A DNA stretch of 63,455 nucleotides, filler included, from Reticulomyxa filosa (Eukaryota > Protista > Foraminifera), in the NCBI GenBank assembly GCA_000512085.1. It is 16 parts of 16 records of this genome, joined end to end, with 100 filler letters (N's around TTAATTAATTAA, not from the genome) between each part and the next. Parts side by side here need not be neighbours in the genome. Positions count along the whole stretch, not along the records: positions 1 to 12,721 come from ASPP01026795.1; positions 12,822 to 15,929 come from ASPP01009903.1; 14 more parts are not named here. One strand, given 5' to 3'. Shown here one piece after another: positions 1-12,895 of this stretch. Each line of letters opens with the position of its first letter. Positions within the stretch are counted from its first letter, which is position 1. The notes beneath the pieces were generated by a model, which saw nothing but the letters and a program-made list of their open reading frames with translations, was not told where the DNA came from and ran no database searches. Made by a program: the position numbers and the translations under genes.

Positions 1-46
1 TTTTTTTTTTTTTTTTGAGGAGAACCAAAAAAAAAAAAAAACCAAC

Positions 47-273
47 TTCGAATTTGATGCGAACTTTGGACTTGTTTAACAATTTTTCAATATTTTTGAA
101 AGTGTATGTTTTCATATGCTCTCCATTGATACTTACGATTTGCGACCCCAATTTTATCAATGCTTTGTAGGATTCTACTTTTAGACTTACCACTTTAGCC
201 CCTCGAACTCCATCACATGGCAGTACATCTATCACATCTGTCGCTTTTTCGTTGATCTCTACGTAATAGGTTT
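47..273 (-). CDS. Internal exon encoding a PDZ-like domain (partial gene, runs off the window start)
   Basis: Not in the ORF track. Open exon between an AG acceptor (275-274) and a GT donor (46-45) translates ETYYVEINEKATDVIDVLPCDGVRGAKVVSLKVESYKALIKLGSQIVSINGEHMKTYTFKNIEKLLNKSKVRIKFE. This matches the PDZ pattern L..G..I.SING.......F......L......I.F. Confidence 0.6.
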
Positions 274-2026
274 CTTTTCTCTTTTTTTTTTATTTCCCCC
301 CAAATGCGCAATTATGTTGTCGGTTACCCTTCAGATCTTTATTAGACTCATATGAAATGACACAACAACAATACACACTAAAAAGTCCACAAAACTGGCA
401 TAAAGATGTTTACTGGTTTGTTGTGAGTGGGTTATCTGCCACAATCCAACATAAAATTTCTGCAATAAAAAAAACTCGCCTAGAGTTACGCTCACCACTT
501 AAACAACTACTATGTCGGAGGCAAATTTTAAAAGTAGTGTGAACAAAAAGACGTAGCAGTACTTGTGCACAGTGCAAAAATTACTAAAAAAGGGGTGAAA
601 ACTAACTGTTTTAGAACGCTTCACCAAATGTCCCGACAAATGGTGCAATTCATTCACTCCGAACTGAAGCAAATTTGCGAGAGGACGCCATATAATGAGT
701 CAGCTGAAGGATACATTGTAATTTAGAATACATCACTTTCATAACAATTATCTTGGTCTTTCATCTTTTTATGTTGGACCAATTGTTCAATTTTTTAATT
801 TTTTGTATGAAATACGGACAAATATACCACGAAACGAATAAAGCATATTGTGTTTGCATTTGTAGAAATGATTGTAAAACACAAATTTGCTACATCATTT
901 TGAGCACAAACATCATTCGAAGTAGATTATTGCAAAAAAGTATTGTGTTGTTGGTGAGTTTGCACAAATTGTGCAGCTGTCCTTCCTCTTTTGTTTCCTG
1001 TTTGATTCTTTTTTTCGTTGCGTTGAGTTTTTCTCTCTTTTTAAAAAGGACGTTTTGTGATTTAAAACCCTTTAGAAAGAAAGATCATGGTAAAAAATTT
1101 AGAACTTTTTGAACGTGTAATTTCGGATTAACACAACAAATTTTACAATTATTTATCTTTCTAGTGTCGTGATCTAATCTACTACACAATAATTTATCCA
1201 CAACAGAGCATTCCAAAAGACATCCAAACAGAGTTAGCATTCGAAGACCATATACATAGTCATATTCTGAGACTTTTTATCTGAATAATTGTTCATCTTT
1301 CCATTGCATGTGAATTGCATATTTATCGATTTTTCAGTCGTATTACATCATATATGCTCTAACGACAACTAAATATACATTATTTTTTTGCATAATATAC
1401 CGAAGCTGAATATTCTGTGCACAAAAGAAGGTTCATGCATCATAAAACAATCAAATTAACACACTCTTTAATTCAAGTCAATAATGTGGAGCTCTAACAG
1501 TTGTAATGGACTTATAATAAGTAATATTCTCCATCAAAGCCTTACTCTCTTTTGACAGTGTTTGACGATAGTGTGTTTCTTTTTTTCTAATCATTCAAAG
1601 GAGGTAAATACTTGAACAGCTTGTTTTCGCTTTACTTTGTCAAATCACAGTCTTGAATATGAACAATAAATTAGTCATGATCACTTAATACTGTTTGTCA
1701 ATGAAATAAATTAAAGTAGTACAACAAAAAATATTTTTTTCGAATTTATTTGAAGTCTGCTATTTTTTTTCTTGGATTATTGTTATTGTTCTAAACCGAT
1801 TTTTTCATTTCTATCATTTACTAGCAAATAGTTGTTTAATCAAGCAGGAAAATAAATCCATTGGATCAATTTCAAATACTATATTGTGTTTTTTGCCTAC
1901 ATTCTACATTTTGACGATACGCACAACTGCTATTTTTACAGATGAACGAGCGTCGGGCAGAAAAAAAAAGGGGAATCAATATCATAAAAATAAACTCGGG
2001 TCATCTAAAACCGAAATTGGAGAACA

Positions 2027-4588
2027 ATGGAGAAAGCCTATATAGATATTGGGGATAGTGGCGGAGAAGAAGAAAAGATAGATTTGATTAACAAAAAAGA
2101 AGTTTTGGATTTGTTCCTGAAGGGGAAAAAAAAAGCTGAGAACTAACAAAGACTTGACTGTATGAATAGCCACGGCCAAGAAAAAGAAGATTGAAAAAAA
2201 TTGAGGAAGAAGAAAGTGCCAACGAGAACAATAGTGAGCAAGAAAACGAGAAGAAAAAAAGTAAAACAAAAAAGCAGAAAATGGAAAATCTAGAAAAAAG
2301 GATGATAGAATTAGAAAATGCAAACAAATCAACAAAATTCAAGATTCCAACCGGAAGACGTAAAACGAAAGGCAACCAATCAAAAAATGATCAATCAACG
2401 ACATCGACATTGTCAACAATGCCAACGCTACCAATCAAAACAACAAAAGACACACCGACCAAAAGTAATATCGATTCGATTGAATTGCGATCGCAATTGC
2501 AACCACAGAAGGCGAACACATTGAAGTGGAAAAAAGCAACAAACGGAGGAACTTCCAGTAAGGATATGACGAAGAGCAATAGCATCGAGCAGTCGTTGAT
2601 ATTTGAAAACGATCAACAGCAATGGATTGACAAATATGCACCAAAAACATTGCAAGGTATCATTTGTAACATCTGTTTATGTATGTATATATTTTGTTTG
2701 TTGGTTTGTTTGAAGTTAAAAAAAAAAAAAACAAGTGAATTGAATACCCAAATTAACAAAACACATTACTTTGTAATTATGACACCAATCGAAAGACTTG
2801 TATATCCACTCGCGCAAATTGAAAGAATTGCAAGACTGGTTTGAGATGGGCAAGAAGAATTTGTCAAGTGGCAATTGGGGAACCAGCAATGTATTGATAT
2901 TGATAGGACCACCCGGATGTGGGAAGACCAGTGTAGTGGAATGCATGAGTCGACATATTCAAAGTCGAATCATCACATGGCCAAGTGAAGATGAAGAAAG
3001 CCATGTGTATTCTCATCATTTGTGGACTTGGAAACAGCATTGGAAGGAAATGAAGGACCAGTCCAATTTCATAAATAATAACGAGGCCATTGACATTGAG
3101 TATTGCAACAACCGAAAAGAAAACTCACCGATCAATCGCTTGCAAAGATTGTTGCAGCAGTCTTGCCACATTTGGAAGGATAAACATGGAGTTCCCCAAG
3201 TGCATATTTTCCACATTCATGACTTGCCCGGTCTTACTTCCACACACAGTGGCGGCAGCAAGAAAAGTGATAATGATTTCATTGGTGATGCCATGCTGCA
3301 AACAATGGTACTTCGGGCGTGTCAGTCTTCCAAACATATCATTGTCTTTGAATTAACGAGCGAATATGAAGGTGTTCAAAACGATTTGAATGTATTTGGC
3401 CCGCAGATTCTATCACATCCGCGTGTGCAAATTATTCGAATGAATCCGGTCAATCTGAATTTGCTCAAGGCTTGTTTGCAGCATATCCTTCAATTGGCTC
3501 TTTCCAAATCCACACTGAAACTATCTGTCAAAGCGCTGAAAAATATCATGAGTGATCCAATGATTGCCCAAATCATTACCAATTGTCGTGGGGATTTACG
3601 AAATGCCATTCAATCTTTGCAATTGTTGTTTCAATCTCGAAATATAAATACAAGCGCAAATGCAGATGCAAATACAAATACAAATACAAATACAAATTCA
3701 GATGCAAATACAAATTCTCAAAAAACTTTATCTCATTGGAAAGAAGAAACATATTCCCTATTCCACGCTTTGGGAAAAATATTGTATGCAAAAACTAATG
3801 CAGATTTGTCACCAGAAGAATGTGTGATGAGATGTGGTATGACTAGCAATCAATTTTGCAGTTTGCTATTTGAAAATTTCCCCGATTTTTTCATTTTCAA
3901 TCAAAATATTGTCTCGGATTCACAATTGCAACGGTTCACGGATACTCTTCATGCGCTGTGTGATGCTGATGTGTGCTTGGCGGCCTTGGATCACTTCAAA
4001 TTTCATGATACTTCCTTCTTCAGTAAATATTGCGAAAGTGAAGACTTTGGACAATCGTTGTATCCTTCCTTTTATCCAGTCTCGATTGCATCTAGAGGGT
4101 ATTTGTTGTCTCAGCCCTTGCACTTGGATACTCCTGTGATATTGAGAAATAATGGGCCTCGCCACTCCACTTCCAAGCAAGTCATTCGAGGTTCAGTTGA
4201 CAAACAATGCCAAAAGTTACAAAATGAATTGAAAGATGAATGCAAATGGTTTTTAGAGGATTGCAATTCCATTGACTCTCATCATTCCATTTCCCTTTTC
4301 AATTCCTGTAATCTCACTTTATTTTGTACCGAGACGTTGCCATTTTTAAGTTTTTTTACTTCACATCCTCTCTTTCGATCATCTTCGTCCTCTTCATTTG
4401 ATCAACTGTCTTTGATTACTGCTGCCAATTCTTACTCCACCAAGTATGAATGGAAGGCATTGCCTAAATCTCGTTTTGATGGATTTCACAACAATGCTTG
4501 CAATAATCTCAAAGCAAATGTTCTCAATACTCTCACTCATGAACCTGCTGATAATATCGAAGAAATTGAAGACAGTGACAAAGACTAG
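2027..4588 (+). CDS. RAD17: Cell-cycle checkpoint clamp loader Rad17 (3 exons: 2027-2101, 2170-2656, 2796-4588)
   Basis: WIDKYAPKTLQ|DLYIHSRKLKELQDWF joins in frame across GT-AG intron 2657-2795. Walker A LIGPPGCGKTS, GDLRNAIQSLQ and SLFHALGKILYAK are Rad17/Rad24 hallmarks. Intron 2102-2169 restores the frame from ATG 2027. Confidence 0.9.
3646..3713 (+). repeat. Coding (AATACA/AATGCA)n hexamer repeat giving an Asn-Thr/Ala low-complexity insert in Rad17
   Basis: aatacaagcgcaaatgcagatgcaaatacaaatacaaatacaaatacaaattcagatgcaaatacaaat translates NTSANADANTNTNTNTNSDANTN. Confidence 0.85.
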
Positions 4589-4960
4589 AGCCTGTTGATT
4601 TTAAGAGTAAATAAAAACATAATTACATTTTTTATTCCGTTTAGCCTATTTCAAATATGTTGTCTTCTTGGTTTTTCTTCCCCCAATCGTTTTTGCCTTA
4701 AATTAAATGTGTCATCCGAACGGTTAACACACTTTGATCCACCTCTTGCTACGAGTGTACAACTGATGGTAAAAGTCATGATTCACTCTAAAGTTATAAC
4801 TGTAATATTTCATTTAATACTTTGACAACTAAACAAAACAACAAGTTACAACTATTTCTTGCAAATAATCTTCAATTTTAGTGAACTGGAAACTCTTGAG
4901 GAATGGTTGAGTTCATTTACTTTTGGCTTTGAATTGTGAAAAGATTTTTTGCACGGCTGA

Positions 4961-5785
4961 ATGAATGCAACATCAATAAAATGGAATACATGGATCTTGT
5001 GCCTGTCCTTATTGTATTGTTTAATATGCGTATGTTTGGGTTGGGCGGGTGCAAGCTACCAAAGTGGTAACGTCACGTGTTCAACGACGACAAACGATAT
5101 ATGCCTGATAAATTGCAGTGCTCCATATCAATGCTACAACTCCACAATTTATTGTGGGGATGGAGATTTGAAGACGTATGATACTTGCATTATTGAGTGT
5201 AACAGTTCTTATAGCTGTGGTTTTGCAAATATCGCCTTGAGTCCCCTGATAAACTTAGAAGTGATTTGTGATCAGAGCAACACAAGTTGTAACGGTTTGG
5301 AAATTTATGGTAACACAGGAACGGACATAACTTTGGAATGCCTTTATCCTTACGCATGTTCCCATACCTCTATTTTTACTTCTGACACTCGCATATTAAA
5401 TGTGTTTTGCCATGAGGACTACACTTGTTCGAACATTTTCGTGTTAGCAAATGAAACGTTATTTGTGGAAGCTTTTGAATGCCACGGGGACCACTCATGT
5501 GAATATGGCGTATTCGTCCCACCAGAGTCATGCTATGTTCAGAGTCAAGGTGCTTATAGTTGTATGAATTTCACTATGTTTACTTTGTTTGGTGTAGATA
5601 ATCCACACTCGACCAATTACCTAAACTGTGACATCACAGACAACACCACATGTTATGGTGCACTTGCTTATTGTAATCCTCTTTTTGAAAGCAATTGTGA
5701 GTTTCAGTATACTTTTAATGATACCACCCAGGTTGGGCGTTGGAATTGTGTTGGAATCTGTGGTTTTTCCGGATTTTTAGAGTGA
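4961..5785 (+). CDS. Secreted cysteine-rich repeat protein, 274 aa, intronless
   Basis: Hydrophobic N-terminal signal (WILCLSLLYCLICVCLG), about 8 repeats of hydrophobic-x-C-x3-6-[YHT]-x-C-x4-hydrophobic, and many N-x-S/T sites. Confidence 0.8.
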   Translation: MNATSIKWNTWILCLSLLYCLICVCLGWAGASYQSGNVTCSTTTNDICLINCSAPYQCYNSTIYCGDGDLKTYDTCIIECNSSYSCGFANIALSPLINLEVICDQSNTSCNGLEIYGNTGTDITLECLYPYACSHTSIFTSDTRILNVFCHEDYTCSNIFVLANETLFVEAFECHGDHSCEYGVFVPPESCYVQSQGAYSCMNFTMFTLFGVDNPHSTNYLNCDITDNTTCYGALAYCNPLFESNCEFQYTFNDTTQVGRWNCVGICGFSGFLE

Positions 5786-6056
5786 CTGTTTGTTAGTTAA
5801 ATGGTTACTAGATAAAAATAAGTACAACATGAATACCTTTGCTTTGTAAAAAAAAGTTTCAATGTCCGAAAAAAGAAAGCAAAACATAAACCCGATTAAT
5901 TAGTTTGATTAATTTCAATTACTTTTTCACACGTCACAAAAGCAATTTCGTGTCGCAGCTTTTGACAACACACGCACAAAATAGAAAAAAAAAGAACAAA
6001 AGGAAAAAACAAATGGTACAGGATTAATTTCATTATAAAACAAGTGAAAGCAATAT

Positions 6057-8383
6057 TTAATCATATTCCAACTTGCTACGAGTCATAGATACCTCAGTTT
6101 CTTCATCGCGAACAAGTGAAGAAGAACCTTTACAAAAGAGATAGTTTGATAGACAAGCAAACAACAAAAAAATTGTAAGTAAATATCTCCCTTGAGTAGA
6201 AGACCAAGGATAAGATATAAAAAAAACAAAAAAAATTTAGCAACAAAACTTTGTTCAATGACGAGTTTTTGATATCTTCGACAGACCAACCAGACCGACA
6301 AAGCAATCAAAACAACTCCAAAAGAAATGCCTCCATAGAAAGACGTGTCTTTAAGTTGTTGCATTAGATTTAAAGAAGTTGCCAATGATTGAGTGACATC
6401 AGAAGGAGCATAACCGTTGATGATTTGATATCCCATTGGAACAATAAAGGTTGGCAAATTGGTAAAATTGGTAACCATAATAAAAGGAGCACCAGAACTA
6501 TTGACATAAGTGATATTATCCATTAATGGAAACAGTTGAAAGTTGGTTTGAAATCCCAACCAGTTTTTGAGAACAATTCCAGTTTGTGGTTCTATCTCGA
6601 GATAGGTTGCATCGGTGTCAGCGTCCGGTAGGTTCATACCTGTCACTTGCCCGACATGTTTCACATAGTATTCCCCTTGGTAGAAATGAGGAAATGACAA
6701 ATAAGCCACCGTTTGTTCAGGTATCTCTTTGCGGACAGTAAAATTCAATACCCCATCATGACCATACGAAAAATATTGAGCATTATGAGGATAATTGGTT
6801 GCATTTTTCAACGTGTTATTGGATACTTTCGAATAGTAACAAACACATTACAATTCCAATGACATTTCATTATATCATTCAAGGGTTTAAAAATTCATGT
6901 ACACACATACAAATATATATGTATATGTATATGTATGTAAACATATATACGCGTATCTACATATAAACGCAGTATAAAAATAAAAAAGCAATACAAAACA
7001 TCTAAATCTCCACAATTCAAGTCCGTTGGAATGAACAACTTGATCGAAAGTGTAATTGACCTTTCTGGAGAAAGGCAAGTGCCAAATGAGCAATGTGTCA
7101 TCCTTGGAGACGTATTTCCATGGCCAGTTTCTGGTTTCGCGCGAAGGATAGACAGGTTCCATGGAAGACCAGTATGAGATATTGGTAGTGTTCCAAATCT
7201 CTTCTAGCACTCGCAAATCATAGCGATCACAGTAGCCAGTGCGTTCCACCATATTTATCGAGGCTTGGTTTAGTAATCCATACTTTGTTTCTTCCTTTTT
7301 TTTTTTTTTTATTTATTGATTTTCTTCGTCTACCTCCTTCCCTTCCTCCCCTCCCCTCTTCTCCAAAAAAAAAAAAAAAGGGGAAGAAAAACGTATACGT
7401 TTTTAAAAAAATTATATGAACATTCCTTTTTTTCTTTCATACTTGTGACTGATTACAGAAACAAAACAAAATAAAGAAATAAAGTATGTAACAGCAACGA
7501 AACAACAGATTTGAAAGAGATTTCTGCCAATCCAGGATCGGTGACCCCTAAAATAACATTTCGAATAGGCACTTGATAAAACAACTTGATGGCGGGTAGA
7601 GAGCCGAAATATTCGGCCCAATTCGCGAGCGCAAATCCTGTGTTCATTGTATTGAAAAACGTAAGCATGCCTGGATTCAAAATAGTCACTGTTTCATTGA
7701 TGTCGATGCTATTCTGTGAATTTGTCATGTCCGCTTGGTATTCAAATGTAAATTCATAACGATAACTGACTGTGCAAGAATCTTCCGAAAACACGACGTC
7801 CTTCTTAAACTCGAATCGTCGATAGATATATGGCCCAATCTCTTGTAATTGTGGTATTGATCCATTCAACACTTCGTATGGATTTGTTATATTGTACACG
7901 TAAAAATTAAACAATTGTACTCCACTATCCTATCCCATTTCGATTTTTTTTTTTTTTTTTTTTGAATTTAATACTTTTTTTTTTCTTTAATTAAAAAAAT
8001 ATACATAAAAATAATGATAACATCAAATGTATTTCTTTCCCAGTGTTGATATTTGTTATCGTTCGCTTTTTGTCGAGATGCGGACATTACTACTGTTTCT
8101 TTAATGTTATCCTCAAATTGTTTGTTTAATTGCTTTGGGACAAATAATATCTGCACGAAAGAAAGCGCTGCGAATATTAACAAACTGATCTCAAAACATA
8201 TACTTATCCGATTCTGCGTGCATATTCGCTCCCCTCTTTTTGTTGGCTGAAGAGCTTCCATCTCTGTTGTGTATGTATGCTTTAGTATTACTTCTGATTC
8301 ATTATCCTGTTCTCCTTCTCGTTCTCCTGTTTTGGTTTGTCGTTTGTTTATTTGTATTTACTTATTTGTTGGTTTTCCAGCAT
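6057..8383 (-). CDS. CD36/SCARB/LIMP-II family scavenger receptor (multi-exon)
   Basis: FYVYNITNPYEVLNGSIPQLQEIGPYIYR, YLSFPHFYQG and LEIEPQTGIVL motifs, with N- and C-terminal TM helices. Probable last exon ...SSSLVRDEETEVSMTRSKLEYD* (stop 6057-6059). The start (8383 via a 35-nt intron, or 8261) is uncertain. Confidence 0.9.
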
Positions 8384-8929
8384 CAATTTTTTGTTTTTTT
8401 ATGTTTACACAACTTTTAATGCTGGTTTTTTTCATTTTTTATTCTAAAGATTAACAAACAGTAGGGGAATATCAATCTACAAGTGAAAAAGTGGTTCCTT
8501 TTTGTTTAAGTAAATATTTTACTTTATTATTTGTCGACGATGCAGTCCTTGCTGTTTAAACTTCCAGTAAGTGAATTTTGGAAATTGTTTTGTTGGGTTT
8601 AACTTGTTTCACTTTCAAACAAGGTTTTTCAATTTAAAGTTAGACATCCTGGTACCACACTCAAAATATTTGTTAGAAAAGTAGTACTTTGAAAGGCACT
8701 AAAACATCAAATAAAGCCGGCAATAAAAAATGAATAACAGTAAAGCCATCCCAAAGAACCGAGTGTTTTAAAGAGTCTGGACTGCCTTCCCACGCTCACA
8801 AAAAAAAAAGTCACCCAAACATCAAAAAATTCGGAAGAAGAAACATAATTCACAAAACAGTAAAGACCACAAAAGAGGTCATACAAAAACAAAACAAAAA
8901 AAAAATATCCCAATCGCATGCGTTGATCT

Positions 8930-10238
8930 TCAAACATCACTTTGCTCACTGCTATCATCATCATCGATGATATCATGGGTAACCCGAACATCCCCGCCAA
9001 GATTTAGTTCAATTTCATCAGATCCACTGACAGGATGGTGTTCATCGTGTATTTTCTTTTTGAAGTTATTTTCCACAGTGATACTTTCATCCATGTTTGG
9101 TACTGATGACCCCATGTTTGGGTTGGTAGGGGTCCTAGGAGTTGTTTTAATTCCAAGATATTGCTTATTGTCAAATTTATCCAAAACTTCTTTGGACAAA
9201 ATACACTGCAATTGCTTACGTTTAATAAACACCCATGTCACATGACATGAAAAGATCACTACAAACATAATTAGACTAATCACTATTGCTTTTCCAAAAT
9301 GTTTGGACGGGGCTCTCCATTGCAAGTAATCGTGTACAAAACGTGTTGAGTGGTGTGCATGTACTCCAGGAACATACTCAAACAGCAATGTAAACAATAA
9401 ATACAACGCTGCACTTCCTAACGCATACAATACCGAAAACCATCCCATTTCATGCAATGAATTCAAATAATCCAGCCATAGCAATAAATAGCCAACCCCG
9501 CTGTCAAGTATTTGCGTTAACATTGACCAATCATTTCCTTTGGTCGCTTTCGCTTCAAAATTTACTGTTTATCGAAAATGTTTTTAAGATTTCAATCACA
9601 CAACCAACCCGTTTTTCTTCAAAAAAAAATGTTTTTGCTGAATAAGCAAAAAAAAAAAAGGGGGGTTGTTAAGGGGATGGTCGACAAAAAGTCCTGCAAA
9701 CTCATGGTAATGCAAAGGCTGAACGTATCCAATGTGCCAAAATGACAATAACAGAGTTCGATAAACAAATGTACAGACAAATTCGGTTCAAAAACGCAAC
9801 AGGAGCCACTTTCAACTGCGTTAACGATACCCAATCAACTTTCGTTGGACTGGAATTATATTTACTGACTTTCCAAGAACATATCCATGCTGTCAAAAAA
9901 TATAGCAGTGTCAACCATAATATCCAGTTACCATAAAATATGAAATACCATCGCGTACTTGTGTGCTCACTCAAAATTGTGAAAGCAATGGAATTAATGC
10001 AAATCGCCATCATCGACAATGTTAACAGACCCCGAAACAAAATCCAGGACTTGTTGGGCAACAGTTCAGGATGTAATAATGTCCCTGATACTTGAAGAAA
10101 CATTGGTAATATACTGTTGTTGGAGTCGAGTTTTGAAATACATTTTGAACAATACTTCTGCATGGACAATTTCTTGATGACCTGACTTTTTTGCCCAGAA
10201 ACGGCCTCGTTTTTAACTGTTTCTAATGTCTTTTTCAT
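8930..10238 (-). CDS. Rolling stone / FAR-17a-AIG1-like multipass membrane protein (multi-exon)
   Basis: WILFRGLL...WYFIFYGNWILWLTLLYF and LYLLFTLLFE...RFVHDYLQWRAP match the family layout (Y.TNW; Y..LDW..P). About 6 TM segments and an acidic C-tail. Confidence 0.6.
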
Positions 10239-10521
10239 TCTTTAGAAGATGTAGAAATAAATGAATAGCATTTATAATTGCTTTTTTGTACAAATAAAAC
10301 TAACAAATAAGAATTTTATCCAATTGCATTTTTCAAATATTTTTGTTTTAGTTCAATTATTTATATTGTCAACAATTGATAAAAATAGATTTTTGTAATC
10401 ATTTGAAATTGAATCTTCTTCATTAGCTGTGCTTCTTGTGTTTTTCTGTGCCAACCCTTCAAAAAGTTGTTCTTTCTTCCGTGAACTTTATTTTTAGTAA
10501 TACAACGCGTTGACTTGAATA

Positions 10522-11252
10522 ATGTCAAATTCTTTCTTTTTGAACTGGTTTGGGCAAAAACAGCCCGAAAAAGATTTAGAAATGATTGAGCATCCTCGAG
10601 CAGAAGTGCAATACCACATATCAATGAGAGGCATTCAAGCAGGAGCCATCGGGGGATACTTAATTAGTTGGTTGAAATTTCCCACCCAAAAGGCAGCCGA
10701 AAATCACTTTTTGGGTATGCTGAAACTTCCGGTGCAAAGGCTCTTTGGCATGGGTAGTTCAACCTGGACCCGCAAAGATAAAATGATACAAACTTTAAAA
10801 ATGACTAGGGCTTCGACGATGGGAGGATTTCTGTTATCTTTTCCAGCGGCTTATTTGTACACTCATCAAAATCAATTTACCGATGGTGTGTAGGTTTTTT
10901 TATTATTATTATTATTTGGATGATAATTTGTATTTTATTTTGGAAGAGTTTAAGTGTTCTATAAGTGAATTGATACATGATTCTTTTAAAAACTGAAGAG
11001 AGTTATTACGATTATGCCAATCGGTTGAGACACAACAACAAGCAACTGAATGTCGACCGTGCATCCTTAGGGACAGGATTATTTTGTGGAATTATTTACA
11101 AAGCAATCTATGGAATACCATTTTGGCTTGCATTTCCTAAAGGTATTGTTTGGGGTACTGTTTTAATGTATCTTTACAATAAATTTGGCAGTAACTTTGT
11201 TAGTGCTGTAACCAAAACTGATAAATTTATCGGTAACCCGTCAACACATTAA
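10522..11252 (+). CDS. DUF1757-like small membrane protein (exons 10522-10885, 10999-11252)
   Basis: IEHPRAEVQYHISMRGIQAGAIGG and D|ESYYDYANRLRHNNKQLNVDRASLGTG resemble the DUF1757 consensus (Y.RLR.N..Q...DR). GT-AG intron 10886-10998 joins in frame. Confidence 0.6.
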
Positions 11253-11732
11253 ATCAGCATGTCTTTAGTTTGGGTAAGACATTTTATTTAACTGGGAAAA
11301 ATAGTTTTGTGTAGCTTTGTTTTATTAGAGTGAAAAATGTACTAATTATTGGAATGTTTAAAATTTCATGTCTCTCTTCGGAAATTTCAAAATTTGAGTA
11401 GTCCATTAAAAAAAAAAATTAAGAGAAAAATGTTTTCTTGATAATGACGTCTATGTGTAACCATTTTTTGGAATGATAGTATTAGATTTACACAATTGCT
11501 TTAGCCGTTGGCAAGTAATCTGTTTTGACAAATTAAAAAGTGATTTTAAACACTAATGTTTGCTAACATTTAATCAGCCCAACGTAAATGGTTGCTTAAA
11601 CCCAAAATAGTTGGGAGTGATTTGATTTCCTGTGCATAAGTATGCTAACAACGATAAAAAAAAAATGTACAACTAAGAAATTTTAAAATGTATGAAATGA
11701 TTCGGAAAAAAACTGAGATTTTTTTTTAAAAT

Positions 11733-12400
11733 TTAAGATGAAAGGATATTTTTGACAAAAAACTCGTGAATGGCATTGACAACATTGGGCAGATGGTCAG
11801 GTACGATATGACCCCCTTTGTGAATAATATAATTGGTGTGTTGAAACAAATGGAACAACTCTTTGCTTTTGTCCATGTGTACCCAATCGTCACTTTCCCC
11901 AAAAATATGTAAGCTTTTGAAGTGCATCCTAGGGTGGACATTGGTATTGTGTTTGAGGTTTTGAGTGGACATGCGTTTGCAGTTTTGAACAAAGATGTCA
12001 TAATTCCCTTTCATTTCCATTGGCAATGGATACAAATGTCCGCTAATCAAAACAATTGCAGGTGCAAGCGTATTTGTGCTTGCACTTGCACTTGTGTCAT
12101 TTTTTGCAGGTTGTTTGTATTTTTCACGAAACAAATATGTTCCAAACACATTTCCATATTTGTGTACCATTCCATTCAATGCAGACATAGGCACAGAAAA
12201 CACAGTATCCATAGTGTCATCCTTCAAGTCCACCAAATATGAACAAGATAAATAACACAAAAGCGTGGCTATAGTAGCACCTTGTGAAAATGCAAAGATG
12301 CCATCAAAGGGTCCATTTTCAATGCAATACTTTGCCAAACTGGTTAAGCATTGATCAAAATACAAATAATGAGCATACTGTTGTTCCAATAGGTCTTTCA

Positions 12401-12431
<31 letters not shown>

Positions 12432-12670
12432 GTCATTACCGTCATCAGTTGTCTGGTAATTGGCATTGCCATATTGATACCAACAATGCGGATCTGGGTC
12501 ATTTACTGCCTTTGTCAACTGCACGGGTGCACATGGGATGTACAAATCAAACTCTTTCGACAGTCTTTGAAAAATCTTGTGACTCCTTCGTTTCAACACT
12601 TTTGGATTTTGTTTATACGCATGCAAGCATAAGATCTTGGGTTTCGATATTTCTTTTTTTTCATTACTTA
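11733..12670 (-). CDS. FSH1/OVCA2-family serine hydrolase (5' end beyond the contig edge)
   Basis: KILCLHAYKQN, GPFDGIFAFSQGA (nucleophile Ser), SLHIFGESDDWV (Asp) and HKGGHIVP (His) give a complete catalytic triad. Confidence 0.9.
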
Positions 12671-12721
12671 AGTTCTACTTTTTTTTTTTTTTTTTTTTTT
12701 TTAAAAAATTTTTTTTTTTTT

Positions 12722-12821
12722 NNNNNNNNNNNNNNNNNNNNNNNNNNNNNNNNNNNNNNNNNNNNTTAATTAATTAANNNNNNNNNNNNNNNNNNNNNNN
12801 NNNNNNNNNNNNNNNNNNNNN
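12722..12821. other. Artificial contig spacer N44-TTAATTAATTAA-N44. Identical copies at 15930-16029, 26920-27019, 31622-31721, 36024-36123, 42126-42225, 43536-43635, 46185-46284, 48362-48461, 52389-52488, 54708-54807, 56628-56727, 58088-58187, 59401-59500, 61654-61753
   Basis: Exactly 100 nt each, with a palindromic 12-mer carrying stops in all six frames. This is a standard concatenation linker. Confidence 0.99.
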
Positions 12822-12856
<35 letters not shown>

Positions 12857-12895
12857 ATTGGTTGACTCATTCTTTGATTAGGACTTTGCTCTCAT

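Noticed and set aside
357-1112. Short plus-strand ORFs in the first kilobase
   Set aside because: No recognisable motifs. Composition is consistent with AT-rich intergenic DNA.
6057-12670. Lipid-metabolism 'cluster' (CD36, AIG1-like, FSH1 hydrolase)
   Set aside because: Mixed orientations, generic functions and no shared regulatory motif seen. Proximity is expected in a gene-dense genome.
12722-12821. Recurrent TTAATTAATTAA palindrome flanked by Ns (CRISPR-like, or piggyBac TTAA sites)
   Set aside because: Identical 100-nt construct at every junction. It is an assembly concatenation linker, not biology.
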